The translations under genes and the position numbers were made by a program. Below the pieces are notes generated by a model that saw only the letters and a list, made by a program, of their open reading frames with translations, searched no databases and had not been told where the DNA came from. Positions 44,560-61,689 of a stretch of DNA of 64,000 bases are shown here, one piece after another; positions within the stretch are counted from its first letter, which is position 1, and every line of letters begins with the position of its first letter. Location of the stretch: assembly GCF_009914755.1 (NCBI RefSeq), contig NC_060926.1. One strand, 5' to 3'. Origin of the DNA: the human T2T-CHM13v2.0 reference genome, Homo sapiens.

Positions 44560-45170
44560 TCACAGACTTTTAGCTTTGGAAGAGACCTTGGGAATCACTT
44601 AGTATAATTTGCTACCCAATATAAAACACCCCTTGTAAATGTGAATCTGTTTTCTGCTGGCATGCCTCTAGTTAAAGGAAATATAGCCTGTTCCAATTTT
44701 TGAGAACTCCAGCTATTGTCAAGTTTTTTCTCTTATATTGAGGCTGCTTTCCTTTAACTTCCAATCACAGGTCCTAGTTAGCAACGCAAAAGTAAGTATA
44801 TACATATAGTTCTCGACAAGTTATATTTTCATATATTTGAAGGTGGATATTATAAATCTACCAATCTTCTCTTTCTTTAGGCTAAAATATCCCAAGTTCT
44901 TTTAACAAGGTTTCTCAGCCTCTTGCCAGCCTGGTTAACTTTTTCTTCTAATGTACTTTAGCAGCGTCCTCCTTCAAATGTGGTGCTTGAAATGAAACGC
45001 AATGCCTTAGGTATGGGCTTATTATCATAGCTAACTGCCTCCAATTACAGCTGATGAAAGAGATGCCCAGGAAGGTTAGATTACTTGCTCACATTTACAC
45101 AGGCAGGTAGTGGCAGAGATGGAAATAGGACATAGATCTCCTGATTTCAGTTAGTATTCTTTCCCTATAT
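44560..45170 (-). mobile_element. CR1/L3-like remnant followed by MIR
   Basis: cttctctttctttaggctaaaatatcccaagttcttttaac; aggttagattacttgctcacatttacacaggcaggtagtggcagag. Confidence 0.5.
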
Positions 45171-45569
45171 CTCACTGAAAATAACCTATCAGTTAGAAAA
45201 AATCTGAATTTGTCTTTTTCAATATGGATAACAGAGTTTTTGTGATGACAAAAGGAATTAATGAAAAATAATGAGTCTTAGGATCAAGAACTTCCTTCAC
45301 CTAGGCCAGCTTAATTCCTTTCCTTGGGTCTCCACTCCTGCCCACAAAGGAAAACAAGATGTATCTCAGGTAACCTCTCTGTGTAAAGAAGGTCTTGAAG
45401 GATCTAGTAGCAGAGGATCAAAGCATATGAGTGGCTTCTGGTCTTTGTTTAAGAGGCCCAATACTATAGCCCAGACAGGTTCCCTGCACCTCCCAGCTGA
45501 AGTCTCAAACTTATTGAGGCAATAGTATCCCTGATATTAAAGACAGCTTACAAATAATAAAGACATTCA

Positions 45570-45620
45570 GTCTACAGCCATACCACCCTGAATGCACCCA
45601 ATCTCATCTAATCTCTGAAG
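45570..45620 (+). pseudogene. 5S rRNA retropseudogene, 5' 51 nt only, tailless
   Basis: 44/51 identity to human 5S nt 1-51 (GTCTACGGCCATACCACCCTGAACGCGCCCGATCTCGTCTGATCTCGGAAG); 6 of the 7 differences are at CpGs; TSD aaga(c/a)attca. Confidence 0.92.
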
Positions 45621-47012
45621 AAATTCAAAGCATTAAATATTGGTCTGAGTTGTGGTGGGGTGGGGAAGCCTTGGCTTATAAGCTATACTCACCTTTTAAT
45701 CAATTTTGAATATAAAATGTATAGAGCAAAGATGCAGAATGAAGCAACGTATATTACGTCTGGGGCAATAGAAGTTCAAGAGCACTGAGCAAAACAGCAT
45801 TCTGGTTTCATACTGGTTGAGATTTGGCTTAGGAGCTTTCATTGTCTATCTTTCCCACCTCCCACAAGTTTTGCATTCATCCTTCAAAATACATATGGAA
45901 TTAATTCAATATATACTTACTGCAAATCAATAAGACAAAAGGCATTGAGAATTCAAATTCACAAAAAAAGAGAATAAGGTCTGCCTTAAAGAAATTCAGC
46001 AACTAACAATAAGACAAACATGTAGACAATAAACAAGCCACACTGATATTAGAGAAAATGGATAAACAGAATATAGCCATACCTAACACTGAAGATTTTC
46101 CTCTGAAAGCAAGATCCAAAGTTGGGGGGGACAATTTAGAATTAGAACTAATTTTTGATATCAGATTGGAAATGCCATGAAAGTCTCACAATACAAGAGA
46201 TCCAGGAATTCCTTTCTTGTCAATGGACTAAACTTGCCCTATGAAATTAACCGGCTCCCAGAGTGAGCTGCTCTGGATAACAGCCTGCCAGAGTAGGTTA
46301 ACAATAGGATAGTAGCCAGTGTCAGACCTGGTCTGCATGTTTCTGTATGGTCAGCTGTGCAGTACTTTGACTATGACGTACCTGAACTTTCCATGACTGA
46401 AGACAGGTTGCTGGGATGAGACTACGCTCCATGGCCAAAAGTGATATTTAATCCTTGTTTGTTTGAGAGTGGGGCACTGCTATGTTTGGAGTAGAATATG
46501 AAAAGAACAACTGAGAAAGCGTTGGGGCAAGCCACATTGTCCTTCCCCTCCTGCCACTGTGTAGACTAGTAAGCAGAAAACTATTATGCTGGACACAAGC
46601 CAGTCTTATCCCCAAAGCAATAAATTTTACAAGCCAAATAACAAATAGAAACTAAATCTATGAATGCTGAATCCACTGAGAAATCCAAAAGAGAAATATC
46701 AATTGTCTATTCTTTCCCAAAGGGGTTGGAAGGAGAGGTTGAATAAAGCAATTCTATAAAATGCAATCCAAAAGCCCTCATTGTTTACTGCATGGTAAAT
46801 CATAATGGCAGGAGTGGTCTTATCCTGTTATGCTGGAAAATGAGCTAGAAGATGATAAAGTCACAGCCACAGCCACTAAATAAAGTAAATAAATACTTTA
46901 TCCACACAGCAGAATATCCAGACAATGCACAGTCTCACTGTTCTCAGCCACTCCTGCAAAGGGAAATTGTCTCTTTCAGCTTCTGCTACAGGCACTATAG
47001 TAAAGCATTCTG

Positions 47013-47013
47013 A

Positions 47014-47044
<31 letters not shown>

Positions 47045-47052
47045 GCAGGCAG
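47013..47052. repeat. (CAGC)n/(CAGG)n microsatellite
   Basis: Direct reading. Confidence 0.9.
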
Positions 47053-47392
47053 AATGCTATGAAGATTCTGAAAGGAGTTTGCTTAGAATACCACAGAGTT
47101 GGTGGATGTTTCAATGGCATAGGACATTTTACTTCCTTTTTCTGAATTAAGGAATGGGACTACACCTAAGTGTATAAAAAAGGATAATGAACCAATACAG
47201 AGCAGATGTCATATACTGTATGCTCAACTAAACCATGTTGATCTTTCCTGCCTATAGAGCTGAAGACTGTCATTCCATCCACTGAATGAGAACAATGTTA
47301 AAGACATTCATGGGACCCAGAGTCTCTTCTTTCTATACTCAACATTGACACTATTCCCAACTTTCTTCTCTTACTATAAACATATACCTTGA

Positions 47393-50925
<3,533 letters not shown>

Positions 50926-51164
50926 AAATTTCACTTGGGTCATCTCAACAAATAAAAATCTCATATGCATCAAGACAAAATGACTCAATGAAATCAGTCA
51001 TTCTACTTCTAGGTATACTTCTAGGTAAAACTCCCCAAGAAACACTCATATATGTGCACAAGGAAACAAACATAAGTATGTTCCATGAAGTACTATTTGC
51101 GACAGCAATAAAAATGGGAACATCTTGAATGTTTATTAATAGAAGAAAAGATAATAAAGTGTGA

Positions 51165-51517
<353 letters not shown>

Positions 51518-51675
51518 TCAACATATAAAAGGAGAAAATGAAATGTCATTATTGGCATGGAGAAATATTGAAAATAATAATGAAAAAAATGTTGCAGAAT
51601 GATGCATAGTATGACACATGTACGTAAGTTGGAAAATATACAAAGCAACACTACCTGTTGCTTGTAAATACTAAT

Positions 51676-52096
51676 TGATATCGTTTGGATGTGTATCCCC
51701 TCGGAATCTCATATTGAAATGTGATATCCAATGTAGGAGGTAGGGACTGGTAGGAGGTGTTTGGGTCATGGGGGCGGATCCCTCATGAATGACTTGGGGC
51801 TGTCCTTGAGGATAATGAGTGAGTTCTCACTCAGAGTTCATGTGAAATCTGGTTATTTAAAGGAGTGTGGCACCTCCCCACCTCTGCTTCTTGCTCCCAT
51901 TCTTGCCATGTGACATGCTGGCTCCCCTTCACCTTCCACCATGGTTGTATGCTTCCTGAGGCCCTCATCAGAAGCAGATGCCAGCCCTGTGCTTTGTGTA
52001 CAGCCTACAGAACAATGAACCAATTAAACCTCTTTTCTTTATAAATTATCCAGCCTCAGGCATTTCTTTATAGCAATCCAAGAATGGACTAACATA
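51676..52096 (+). mobile_element. MSTB-like solo LTR
   Basis: tgatatcgtttggatgtg...aattaaacctcttttctttataaatt...gaatggactaaca; 5-bp TSD ctaat/ctcat. Confidence 0.88.
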
Positions 52097-52637
52097 CTCA
52101 TATATGGCTTAAAAGCATTTAAAAAATCCCAGAAAGATAAATACCAAATTCACAGAGGAAATGGGCTTGCCTAGGCCTGGGGATCAAACACGATGTTATA
52201 TATATTACAATGTGTTCCTTCTTTTATTTCTTCTCCTTTAACTATGTTTCTTTTATATTTATTCTTACTAACTCTACAGATTTCTAAATAAAAATAAAGA
52301 TGAAACAAATAAAAATGTTAATTTTCAAGTCTGGACAGTGGGAATACAGTATTTGTTATTATATTTAAATTTCTGCCAAAAAAAAAATAGTTCTTAAAGG
52401 GGCCAGTCACTTGACTGTATTTAAGGTATGGAGAAACACATATATTGGGTGTAAAGAATTCTGAACAGAAGTAAAAACTTAGCACTGTTTAACATTTCCT
52501 CTGAAAAGGCAGAGAGTTCATGGCTATCTGAATGAATGCTTGCTATTTTAGGTATGAGCCAGCCATTCAGCTATACTGGTTCCAGGCAAGGTCACTGGAG
52601 ACAGCAGGTAAAACAAGATAACAATTAAGATTTCTAC

Positions 52638-52960
52638 CCAGGCACAGTGGCTCACACCTATCATTCCAGCACTTTGGGAGGCTGAGGTGGGCAGATTGCT
52701 CAAACCCAGCAGTTCAAGACCAGCCTGGGGAACAGAGGGAGACCCTCTCTTAAAAAAAAGGCAACCTTTGACATCAGAAGATCTGGGTTCAACTCCTGGT
52801 TCAGCCACTTAGTGTCACTTTGACTAAGCTGCTTAACCTCTTTGAGCATTAGTGTCTTCATCTATAAAATGGAAATGATAATTTTTATATCACATGGTCT
52901 TTGGAGAATTACCTGAGATAACACTACATAGATTTGTCTAGCACACAGGAAATCTTCAAA
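52638..52960 (+). mobile_element. FLAM monomer (52638-52759) followed by MIR
   Basis: Monomeric Alu with A tail; tcagaagatctgggttcaactcctggttcagccactt. Confidence 0.8.
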
Positions 52961-54582
52961 GAATGACAGAAAAAAATAAAAGGGTTGAGGAAGCATTTTT
53001 CAAGAGTTTTTTGAAGTTAACTAATCTTTTCTTAATTCATCATATATGAAGAATATGGCACATTCCCATAATAATAATAGGGGATGTGAAGAGGTGAAGA
53101 GGTTCAGGATGTGAGGTGGTAAACAGGGACAGAAAGCCTCCCAGATGTGCCCCAACCCCTCATATCTTCCCATCATCACTGGTCTGGGTTAGCAGTCCCT
53201 AGGCCTGGGTATTTTAGGCTCACAGAAATGCAGAGGCATAGCTGGTGGCAACTCTGGACGACTGCTCCCTCCAAAAGCATAGGTTCCAGAGGTCACAGCA
53301 ATGAGATTTCCTGTTGGCAGCTGCTAAAACCCCTGGGTGGTCAAAATTTGGAGTACTGGAAGGTAGTGGTGGCTGGTTTTCATTCTAAGAAGCCTGGAAG
53401 GAGTAGGAGTGGTCTCAGGGGATCCTGAGCAGGTGTCAGAAGGCAAGCGTCCCAAACAAAGGCTGAAAAGTTTTCCTAAAATATCTGTCCACTCCAAGTC
53501 TCACTTCTCTCTATAATAGGGACAATGCTAGATGTCACATTCCTCCAAATATCAATAAGCATTTGAAATAAAAGACTAAAAAATTTGAACTCTTCAGACA
53601 TATTTAACCACTAACTTTGAAGAAACCTTCAGTGAAGTCCATCTACCTACCCAACACCCTTGCCCACTTTCCTACCCATGCTATCCAGAACACATCATAA
53701 GTATCTGTTGAAGACATAATAAAATTGCTTTTCTTAGCTGCTTGCTTCTCATAAGCATTTTTTGGTAACTACCATAACTTTATCCAAAATGTATCAGTAG
53801 CAGATACAGATTTCTCCTTTAATATTTAATAATTTAATAATTTATTGAAATTAATAATGCATTAAATTTAATAATTAAATAATAATTTATTAATCTTCAA
53901 AAATTATGATGATCAGAAAATGAATAAAATTGAATTTCCTTTGTATTAAGCCTCACCTAAATGGTTCCTTCCCTAGGGAAATAGGTGGCAGAAAATTTCT
54001 AAAGTAATCTAAATGTTTCTTGCTGAAATTTAAATCTCTGCTCTTTGAATCTTCTTTGTGTGTACAGAATAGTTTGGAAGGAAGAGATGAGCAATTCAAG
54101 CAATGTTTGCTAGCAGTTCTCAAGTACATAATTGCTTGAGTAATGCTCCCTCCAGATCTTTCTCTCAGTCCAGAGACAGTGCCTATTGTTTTAGCAGCCA
54201 GGTACTTTGACATGTTTCCTATTATGTTGAGAAACTGAGGGAACAGGTGGTATGAGGGATTAAGTGACTTGATTGGGACCAAGAGTAAGGGGTTTTAAAA
54301 CTCTTCCCCTTTCATTTGTTGGGATTTGTTCTTTTTGTATGCTGGTCTGCATTCTCTCGAGTTTAAATTAAGTAGGTAAAGATCACAGTGAATATTCTGA
54401 CTACTTGAGAGTAATAGTTAAAATCCTAGCCTTTTGAATATCTTGCCTATCCTGCATCCTTGTGTGAGTCGCCTACATTAAGCAGTATCTCTTGAGGAGG
54501 AGGCCTTGAGAGTCAAAGTCTGTCAAATGAGGTGTTTCACAATAGAGAAGGATGATCTACTGAAGGAGAGAGTTGGGGAAGG

Positions 54583-54695
54583 AGGCAGTGAGAGAAGGAG
54601 AGAGGGATACAGAGAGAGGGACTGAAGGAGGAAGGAAGGTAGGGAGGAAGAAGAAGGGGAAGGAGAGGGAGAAAAAGAAAGAGAAGGAGACAGAA
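54583..54695. repeat. GA-rich polypurine low-complexity tract
   Basis: Direct reading. Confidence 0.8.
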
Positions 54696-54794
54696 TCTAC
54701 TGTGTCCTTTTGATTTTAGGGAAAAAAAAAACCCTTGTTATGTTGGTCCTTATATAATGTAAAGTAGCCTGTTTACCTCTAGAGAAAAACTCAC

Positions 54795-54851
54795 GTTTTC
54801 ATCTTGACAAATACTTCTGGGTTTGCACATATACCACAACACATTATACAT
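54795..54851 (-). other. Candidate coding end of an alternative first exon (MCCGICANPEVFVKMK or MYNVLWYMCKPRSICQDEN)
   Basis: Two ATGs with -3 A, both frames open to the donor AAC|gtgagt at 54794; unique DNA; unverified. Confidence 0.25.
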
Positions 54852-56399
54852 ATTTCAAGATCAAAACTGCACCTGCAGTTCACAATGACCTATATTTTGC
54901 CTTGGTCCCCGAAAGCTGCTCTGTAGCAAAGCCAAGTCAAAACAATGCTCAAGGAAAAAAAAAATGCTGAAAGTTCCTGGCAATTTCCCTTCCACTCCAC
55001 ATGCTGCCAAGGTCACATAGAGGTAAAGCTGAACTCTCCATTTGGCCGTTTTTGCTTTTTCCTCCCCTTTTCCCCTCCCTCCACTTACGTACATGCTGAT
55101 ATAGTTTATGGTCTGTACCTCAATAGCATTATCACTCTGGGTTTTTATCAGACTTGAGGTCAGTGGAAGTAGGAAAGGAGAATGGATGTGAGTCTGGGTG
55201 TGGCAAGTTCCTATTGCTTTATCAGGGAGGTAAAAAAGTGAATCCACCTAGTATGCTTCTGGCTGTGAAGTGCAGTGAGGTGAGCCAAGGTGCCAGGGGG
55301 TCACTAGGAGTTCATCTTGGATAAGTGCCCAATGTTTGCAGGACTTAGCTCATCAACTTTTCTAATTTGCAAAGATGTATTTCCTGTTGGGTTTCTTCAT
55401 CCCTGTCATCTAGGGAAAATAATCCAGTATGCAGCCTGTTTGGTGTGTACAGAAAACATCCCCTTCCTGAATTAAATCCAATTATGGTAATTCATTCAGC
55501 AAATCCTGTGATCACTGGCACAAGTTAAACTGCACAGGGTGGAGGAGTTGGGTGTTAAGCAAAGGGGACTATCTGTCAAGTATACCTAGGTGCTTTCCTC
55601 ATCACTGCATTGACCTGTACCTGAACCTATTCAACATCATCTACAAACTACTTAACCTTGGTGTGCCGTGTTTTCGTCTCCTATAAAACAGCATTTCTCA
55701 CTATTTATTCCTAAATTGCTTCTGTTACCTGCTTAGAGAGCCCTGGAGAGTAGAACAACTAAGCCTTAGTAACAGGAAAAGAACACAAGATTAAATTTTA
55801 AGAGTTGTGCTTCTGGATTTTGAGACTGAGAGTTGGCTGACGGGGGAGCCCTATGGGCTAGCCGTGAATAGGATGTTATTGGCATCATTCTTTTGTGCTA
55901 ATTTATGGTAGAACTGGCCATTGCTTGGGTCTTACTATTAGATTAGAATGATTAAAAGTACAAAGCAGGTGGGAGGAATACTGAATAATTCCCTCCTATT
56001 AAGTTTAGGTCAAAAATATTGCAGAACACTAAGGAAAAGTGTTCATTTTCTGAGACACTGCATTAAGGAGAAAGTAAAAGGTGAGATTTTAGACTCTGCT
56101 CTCCCAGTTACAGTCACACTGCCCTTACATCTTTTCACCTGACCTACTTTGAAATCTAGGTGTGATAAACTATAATGGCAATAATCACTTCCACTCAAAC
56201 TAGAGGACTTTCTCAAATCAAGGTATCCATGGTCAAGATACATTTCAAGGTATTGAACTCCCTGCTGAAATACACAAAGGCCCCTTAACAATTAGTTCAA
56301 AAAGCAGGACATATATCAATGTAAAATACTTTAATTTCTAAGCATCTATCTCGTTGGAAATTATTTGACTTCCTTTTAATTCTATTTTTTAAAAAGATG

Positions 56400-56965
56400 T
56401 TTACTTATTTGTTTGTTCATTCATTCATTCATTTAGCAAACATTAATTGAACAGTTGTTGTGTGCCAGGAACTGAGATAAGGATATAAAAACGAGTAAGA
56501 CAACAATCTCTATCTTAAATAGTTCACAGCCTAGTAGAGGAGACATACAGGCAAATAAACACAGTATAGTATGATATGCTGCAACAAATCTTTGTGTAAG
56601 GTGTTCAAGAAGTATAGAGGGTGGGCCAGTCCCTCCCTGGGAGAGTCAGGGAAAGGTTCACAGGGGAGGAAGCATCTGACCTGAATCTTAAAAGTTGAGT
56701 AAATGTTTGCCAGAGAAATAAGTGCCTAAAGGGAAGAAACTTTGCTATGTCATGCTTGGGGAACAGCAACACATTTGATGTGGATATACCAAGGGAATGG
56801 TAGAAAATTAAACTGGAAAGGCAGGCAGGGGCTGGCCTGAGAAGGTACTTATATGCAAGGGCTTAGGACCTTCCTTGGAGGTGATAGACCTTGAAGAGTT
56901 TTAAGCAGAGGAATGATCAATTTAATTTGTCTTTCAGAAAGGCCACTTTAGCAGTAATGGGGGTG
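56400..56965 (-). mobile_element. L2 3' portion
   Basis: ttcattcattcattcatttagcaaacattaattgaac...tgtgccagg; ttttaagcagaggaatgatc. Confidence 0.75.
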
Positions 56966-59900
56966 GGGACGGGTCTACTATGCGAAAGCAGTGGGAACAC
57001 TGAGAAAAATATGTAAAATAACTATGATAAAGTTTATGATACATGCTGATGTTAATGTGGATATCTATGTAAGTTTTATAATATATCTGCCACCATTACA
57101 CATGCTATAGACAACATAATAAGAGTTCAGCGTTTGGAATGAAATGATGAGGGAAGGCTTCACAGGAAGGCAGGTACTGAGAAACAAATTAATCCCAGAG
57201 TATAGAAATAGAACAAATAAACTATGATGCTTCTAACTATGTGAATGTGTCTGTAAGTTGGAGAACATGTACCAGACATTGAAATCAGAGAAATAAAATT
57301 ACCTGAGGTCCTACACATTTAGACAAATACTCCAAGTTACACAGAAATATAACACAGAAGTCCAACAAAATCTAAACAGGATCCTGAAATGGGACTGTAA
57401 AGTCAATTTTTTAAAATACTAAGCTGACATGATCATGCCTATAATTGGTGTAAAGATTCTAGTCCATTTCTAAGCTTGTGCATTTGATTGAGATAAAATA
57501 CACTGGACAAATACAAAGTATTTTGCAATGTCGAACCTTAATCACCAACCAAGTGAAATGACATTTACTTGAGATAAGGAGCCTGGGTTACCAGTGAGTA
57601 CCTTGTAAAGTTTCTTTTTCATTTAAGTATTCTACAGGAAAGACAAGAGTATTTAACACAGGCTGCTATTAAGGGAGGAGTTTGGGAAGACAAAGCAGGT
57701 TTATATGTGTGTCCTAACTGAAACTTCTTTTGAAATAGGAAAACTTCAGCGTCACTTATACACATAAATACTTAAACTAAGCAGAGACGTGAACAATTAG
57801 ATCATTCCAATCTCATGAATAGTGTAAATCCACCCCGTAATAAAAGCCATTTTGGATTATTATTCTTTGTTTATTAAGCCAGCAGAAGCATTCATTCCAG
57901 CCAGCCTGTCAAAAGCACAGAGTGAAGCTAAACAGTTTGTTTAGTCTAACGAAAGATGTTCTCAGCCAAAACAAAAGGGACCCAAATTTTTTTGCTTTTA
58001 TAAAGTGTAACTTTACCGTGGAATGATATTACATAATTAGAGGGAATAGATAAGAAGACAGAGGCAACAGAATGATGCAGAGTTCTTTTTTATTCAGTGT
58101 GACAAAGGGATGAGATGGATTTTTTTGCCAGTCTAAAGCAGTGACCAGCTGTCATGAGTGACTGTCAAATAAATCGTTTACAGTATTCCCTTAACCTAGT
58201 ACCCACTTGATAACTGTAGCACCATTATTCAATTTCGTCGATTATGTAAGCTAGTAATTTGCATATTTACTTTAAAATAACATTTAATGGACAAGATAGA
58301 GTTAAAGTTTATCTGAGATACATTCATTCTACACCATAAATGACTTCACCACCCCTCCCTGTCATTAACAATGCTAAGTTACTGCTGTAGGGTTTTACCT
58401 ACCTCATTTTGAATAGTTCCATAAAGTTGTCTAACCCATGTGTCAACAGACCACTTGGAGTTCAAGCAACACTTCATGGCTCACAGCTGGTAATTACAAA
58501 GTTTCCCTAAACATGTAGATGCTATATGATTTCCAAATTGCAATAATCTTCTAGGCCACTATCAGGCCTGGTAACCTCTCATCACTTCAGAAATCAATTC
58601 ACAAAGTGAGCATGTCAAGTCATTTTCCTCAGCAGTTTTAACCAATGTTATGCTTCACATAGACATGGATGGTCAAACTCATTTTTATTTTCTTATTAGT
58701 GCTGCTCAATTAATCCTCAACCCTCTTACAATCAGCACTAAAAAAGATATAATCTTTCTACAAGTACAATTGGCCCTGGACATATCCTGATTTCACCTGT
58801 TCAGGTCTCTGGGTATTCAATAAAGCAAGTTCAGCCGCTGTGCCAAGAGGCCACACAGAGTTCAAGGTAACACCTCACAGCCATCAGCAGGTTAATTATA
58901 ATTTCATTTTCAAACACACCGACTACATGCTTGTTTCAACTCCAAATGACCTTACCTGCTTAATTTTTTTTGGGGGGTGGTGGTCTACATGGAGTAAATT
59001 TCTGTCAGCAAAGCTGAGAGGCCACTCGGAGTTCATGGTAACAATTCATATTTGTAACAGGTTGCCCAGACCTAAATCCTCACCTTCAAACATTCCTGAG
59101 AGAGCACTTAGTAGCTATGAAGGAAGTAGGGAGTGGGGGATGGAGAAGGAAGAGAGATGGAGATAGAGGAGGGTGGAAAAGGGAAGGAGAGACACAACAC
59201 CTGACCTCTGGAGTGTTTTGAGGGGTTCAGTGTCAATGGCCATTTTAGTGAGGTGATTCTGGCTCATGGGAGAAGGGCCTCCACTTTGGGGGTAGACTCT
59301 TACAGGAGTTTCTAGATACCCGATGACTGCATCACTGCCAGAAACAAAACGGGCTCAAAAGCAGCCTTGTATTAAATTCTTAAGTGATCACAATAGTGGA
59401 AGTTTGATTCTGCATGGAAGGGACCTGGGACAAAAGCTGAATTCCTGCTACTCTCTCAGTGAGTAGGTATAGAAAAGGAAGTTCTCAGAGAGGTAGGTGT
59501 TTTCTCCAGACAAGGGCTCTTTCTCTTATCATTTAGGCTGAAAGAGCCCAGTTAACATCAATGAGAGGAGTCATTTCAGATGTGATTTTTTTACATGTAT
59601 CGTGTGCCAGAATGACAAGTCTTGTAAAAATGCTCTCTAGGACCAACTGACCCATTTTCCTACTTAAAATCTCAAACTAGTGGCCTGAAAGCTTTTTCTC
59701 AGGAATGCTTTCTGCTTAACTCATCACTCACACTGTGTGAAGTGAAATGGAAATCTCATTTCCCATTTCACAGAGCTAAGCTGATTTTTGTTTTAATTAT
59801 TTTTTTCAAATGATATAAATGACTCAACTGCTCATAGTATTAACTTGTTCATTTTGTAAGTTGACTTAAAGAGACCAAAAATAAGTATAGAATCCAATAA

Positions 59901-60599
59901 CATATTTTATTCTTGGCCATCTATTCCTCTTGAAACAATTATGAGTAGTATGGGACCTTACCTCAACTTGCTTTAAGTCTTCCCTGGCACTTAAATCACC
60001 ACCTGGTTGGTCTGCATGTGCTTTCTTACAGCCTGATATGCCTTGTCAATCTTCTTTGATAAAACGACAATTTCTATACTGTTCACTCATTCCTTCTTCA
60101 GAGGATCATTTTGGCAAACAAGTGAGTAGTATAACAGCCCCTTTCACTCCTAAATCTTAACCACAGATTATCTCAATGCTGATTTCCAAATCAGGGAGGT
60201 AATTTTTGGTTGCTGCAAGACCATAAAGCATTTAGTTAAGTGCCCTCCCATAAAAGACTGAATGTTTTGTTATTGTTGCTGAATCCAGTGATTTACATTT
60301 TTTCAGTTGCAGAGCCTTTCTTCCCCACAAATAAATTTTATAAAAAAGTCCAATATATAAAAATATAGAGTCAAAGCTGCTTATGCAAATTTATGATTTC
60401 CAAATTGCAATAATCTTCTGGTTAAACCACCCAGACACCTATCAGCTCAGTCCTTCAACCTTCCTCCATTCCCCCAACTTCTACCACCACAGCGTAGAAT
60501 CATACCCAAGGGAGCTCAATAGAACTACTGGCTTCTATGCAACACAGCTTCAAAGCTAGTAAGATATGGATGTTGGTAATAATTAGAAAGTATGTATTT

Positions 60600-60919
<320 letters not shown>

Positions 60920-60980
60920 TAGCAAATCATTTCACCAAAATTAATTATACCCCATTTTTTTTATATAAAATTATCATCTC

Positions 60981-61096
60981 CATTCTGTAACCCCAGTGGA
61001 CACTGGCTGTTTTTCACCTTTCTTCCAAGGTTACTAATTTTGCTCAGTTGCAATATATATGTATGAAATAAAAACCAGAAATTGTAAAAATTAAAA
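60981..61096 (+). pseudogene. Tiny polyadenylated retrocopy (mRNA 3' end or orphan transduction) of unknown source
   Basis: Perfect 14-bp TSD aaaattatcatctc (60967-60980, 61097-61110); AATAAA at 61067-61072; A tail from 61086. Confidence 0.7.
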
Positions 61097-61689
61097 AAAA
61101 TTATCATCTCTTGAAGGCGGGAGCTTTGGCCTGTTTATACGTTCTTCTCATAAGTCACAGCCCATACTAAGCATTCAAAAAATGTTTGCTACATTAAACT
61201 CAAAAAATACACTATCTGCCTCAGATAGGAAAAATTTACTTTCAGTGCAGAATTTGTCATTTTGAGTGAGCAGGAATGAAATCTCCTTCTCTTCCTCACT
61301 CTGCATTCACCCAGAAATCCTGAGTCATCACAGGGATCATATGAGACTAGTCATCACATCAGACTCTATTCATTGCAGAAACACTCCATTTGACCTTCAA
61401 CAAGGTGACAACCTCCATGCATCTCAACTTTCCTTAATGAGAAATGTAGAGTGACAATTGAAAGCTGAGGCCTTCAATACAGCATATTTGGTCTCAACTT
61501 TCCCACTTATAAATGGCAACAATTAAACTGATCTTTTCCCTTGTCTGACATTCAAAGGAGGTGGTGAGTGTCAAACCAAGGCAAAGAAGTCATTTAATGT
61601 CTGCTTTTCATTTTAAGAGAATTGTTCCTTCTCAATCAACAATCAGCCAAATATATATTGATATCCTCTGGGGTCCTAAAAAGAACATT

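Noticed and set aside
53818-53895. AT-rich quasi-palindrome
   Set aside because: Low-complexity sequence; self-complementarity is expected from composition
53953-54282. 109-aa minus ORF ending at an AG|gtgagg donor-like site
   Set aside because: The 5' part and its acceptor look MIR-derived; the peptide is unrecognisable
58448-59050. Repeated motif as a CRISPR-like array
   Set aside because: Irregular spacing, degenerate units, primate context, no cas genes
59741-59771. Imperfect hairpin gtgaaatggaaa...tttcccatttcac as a pre-miRNA
   Set aside because: Stem far too short
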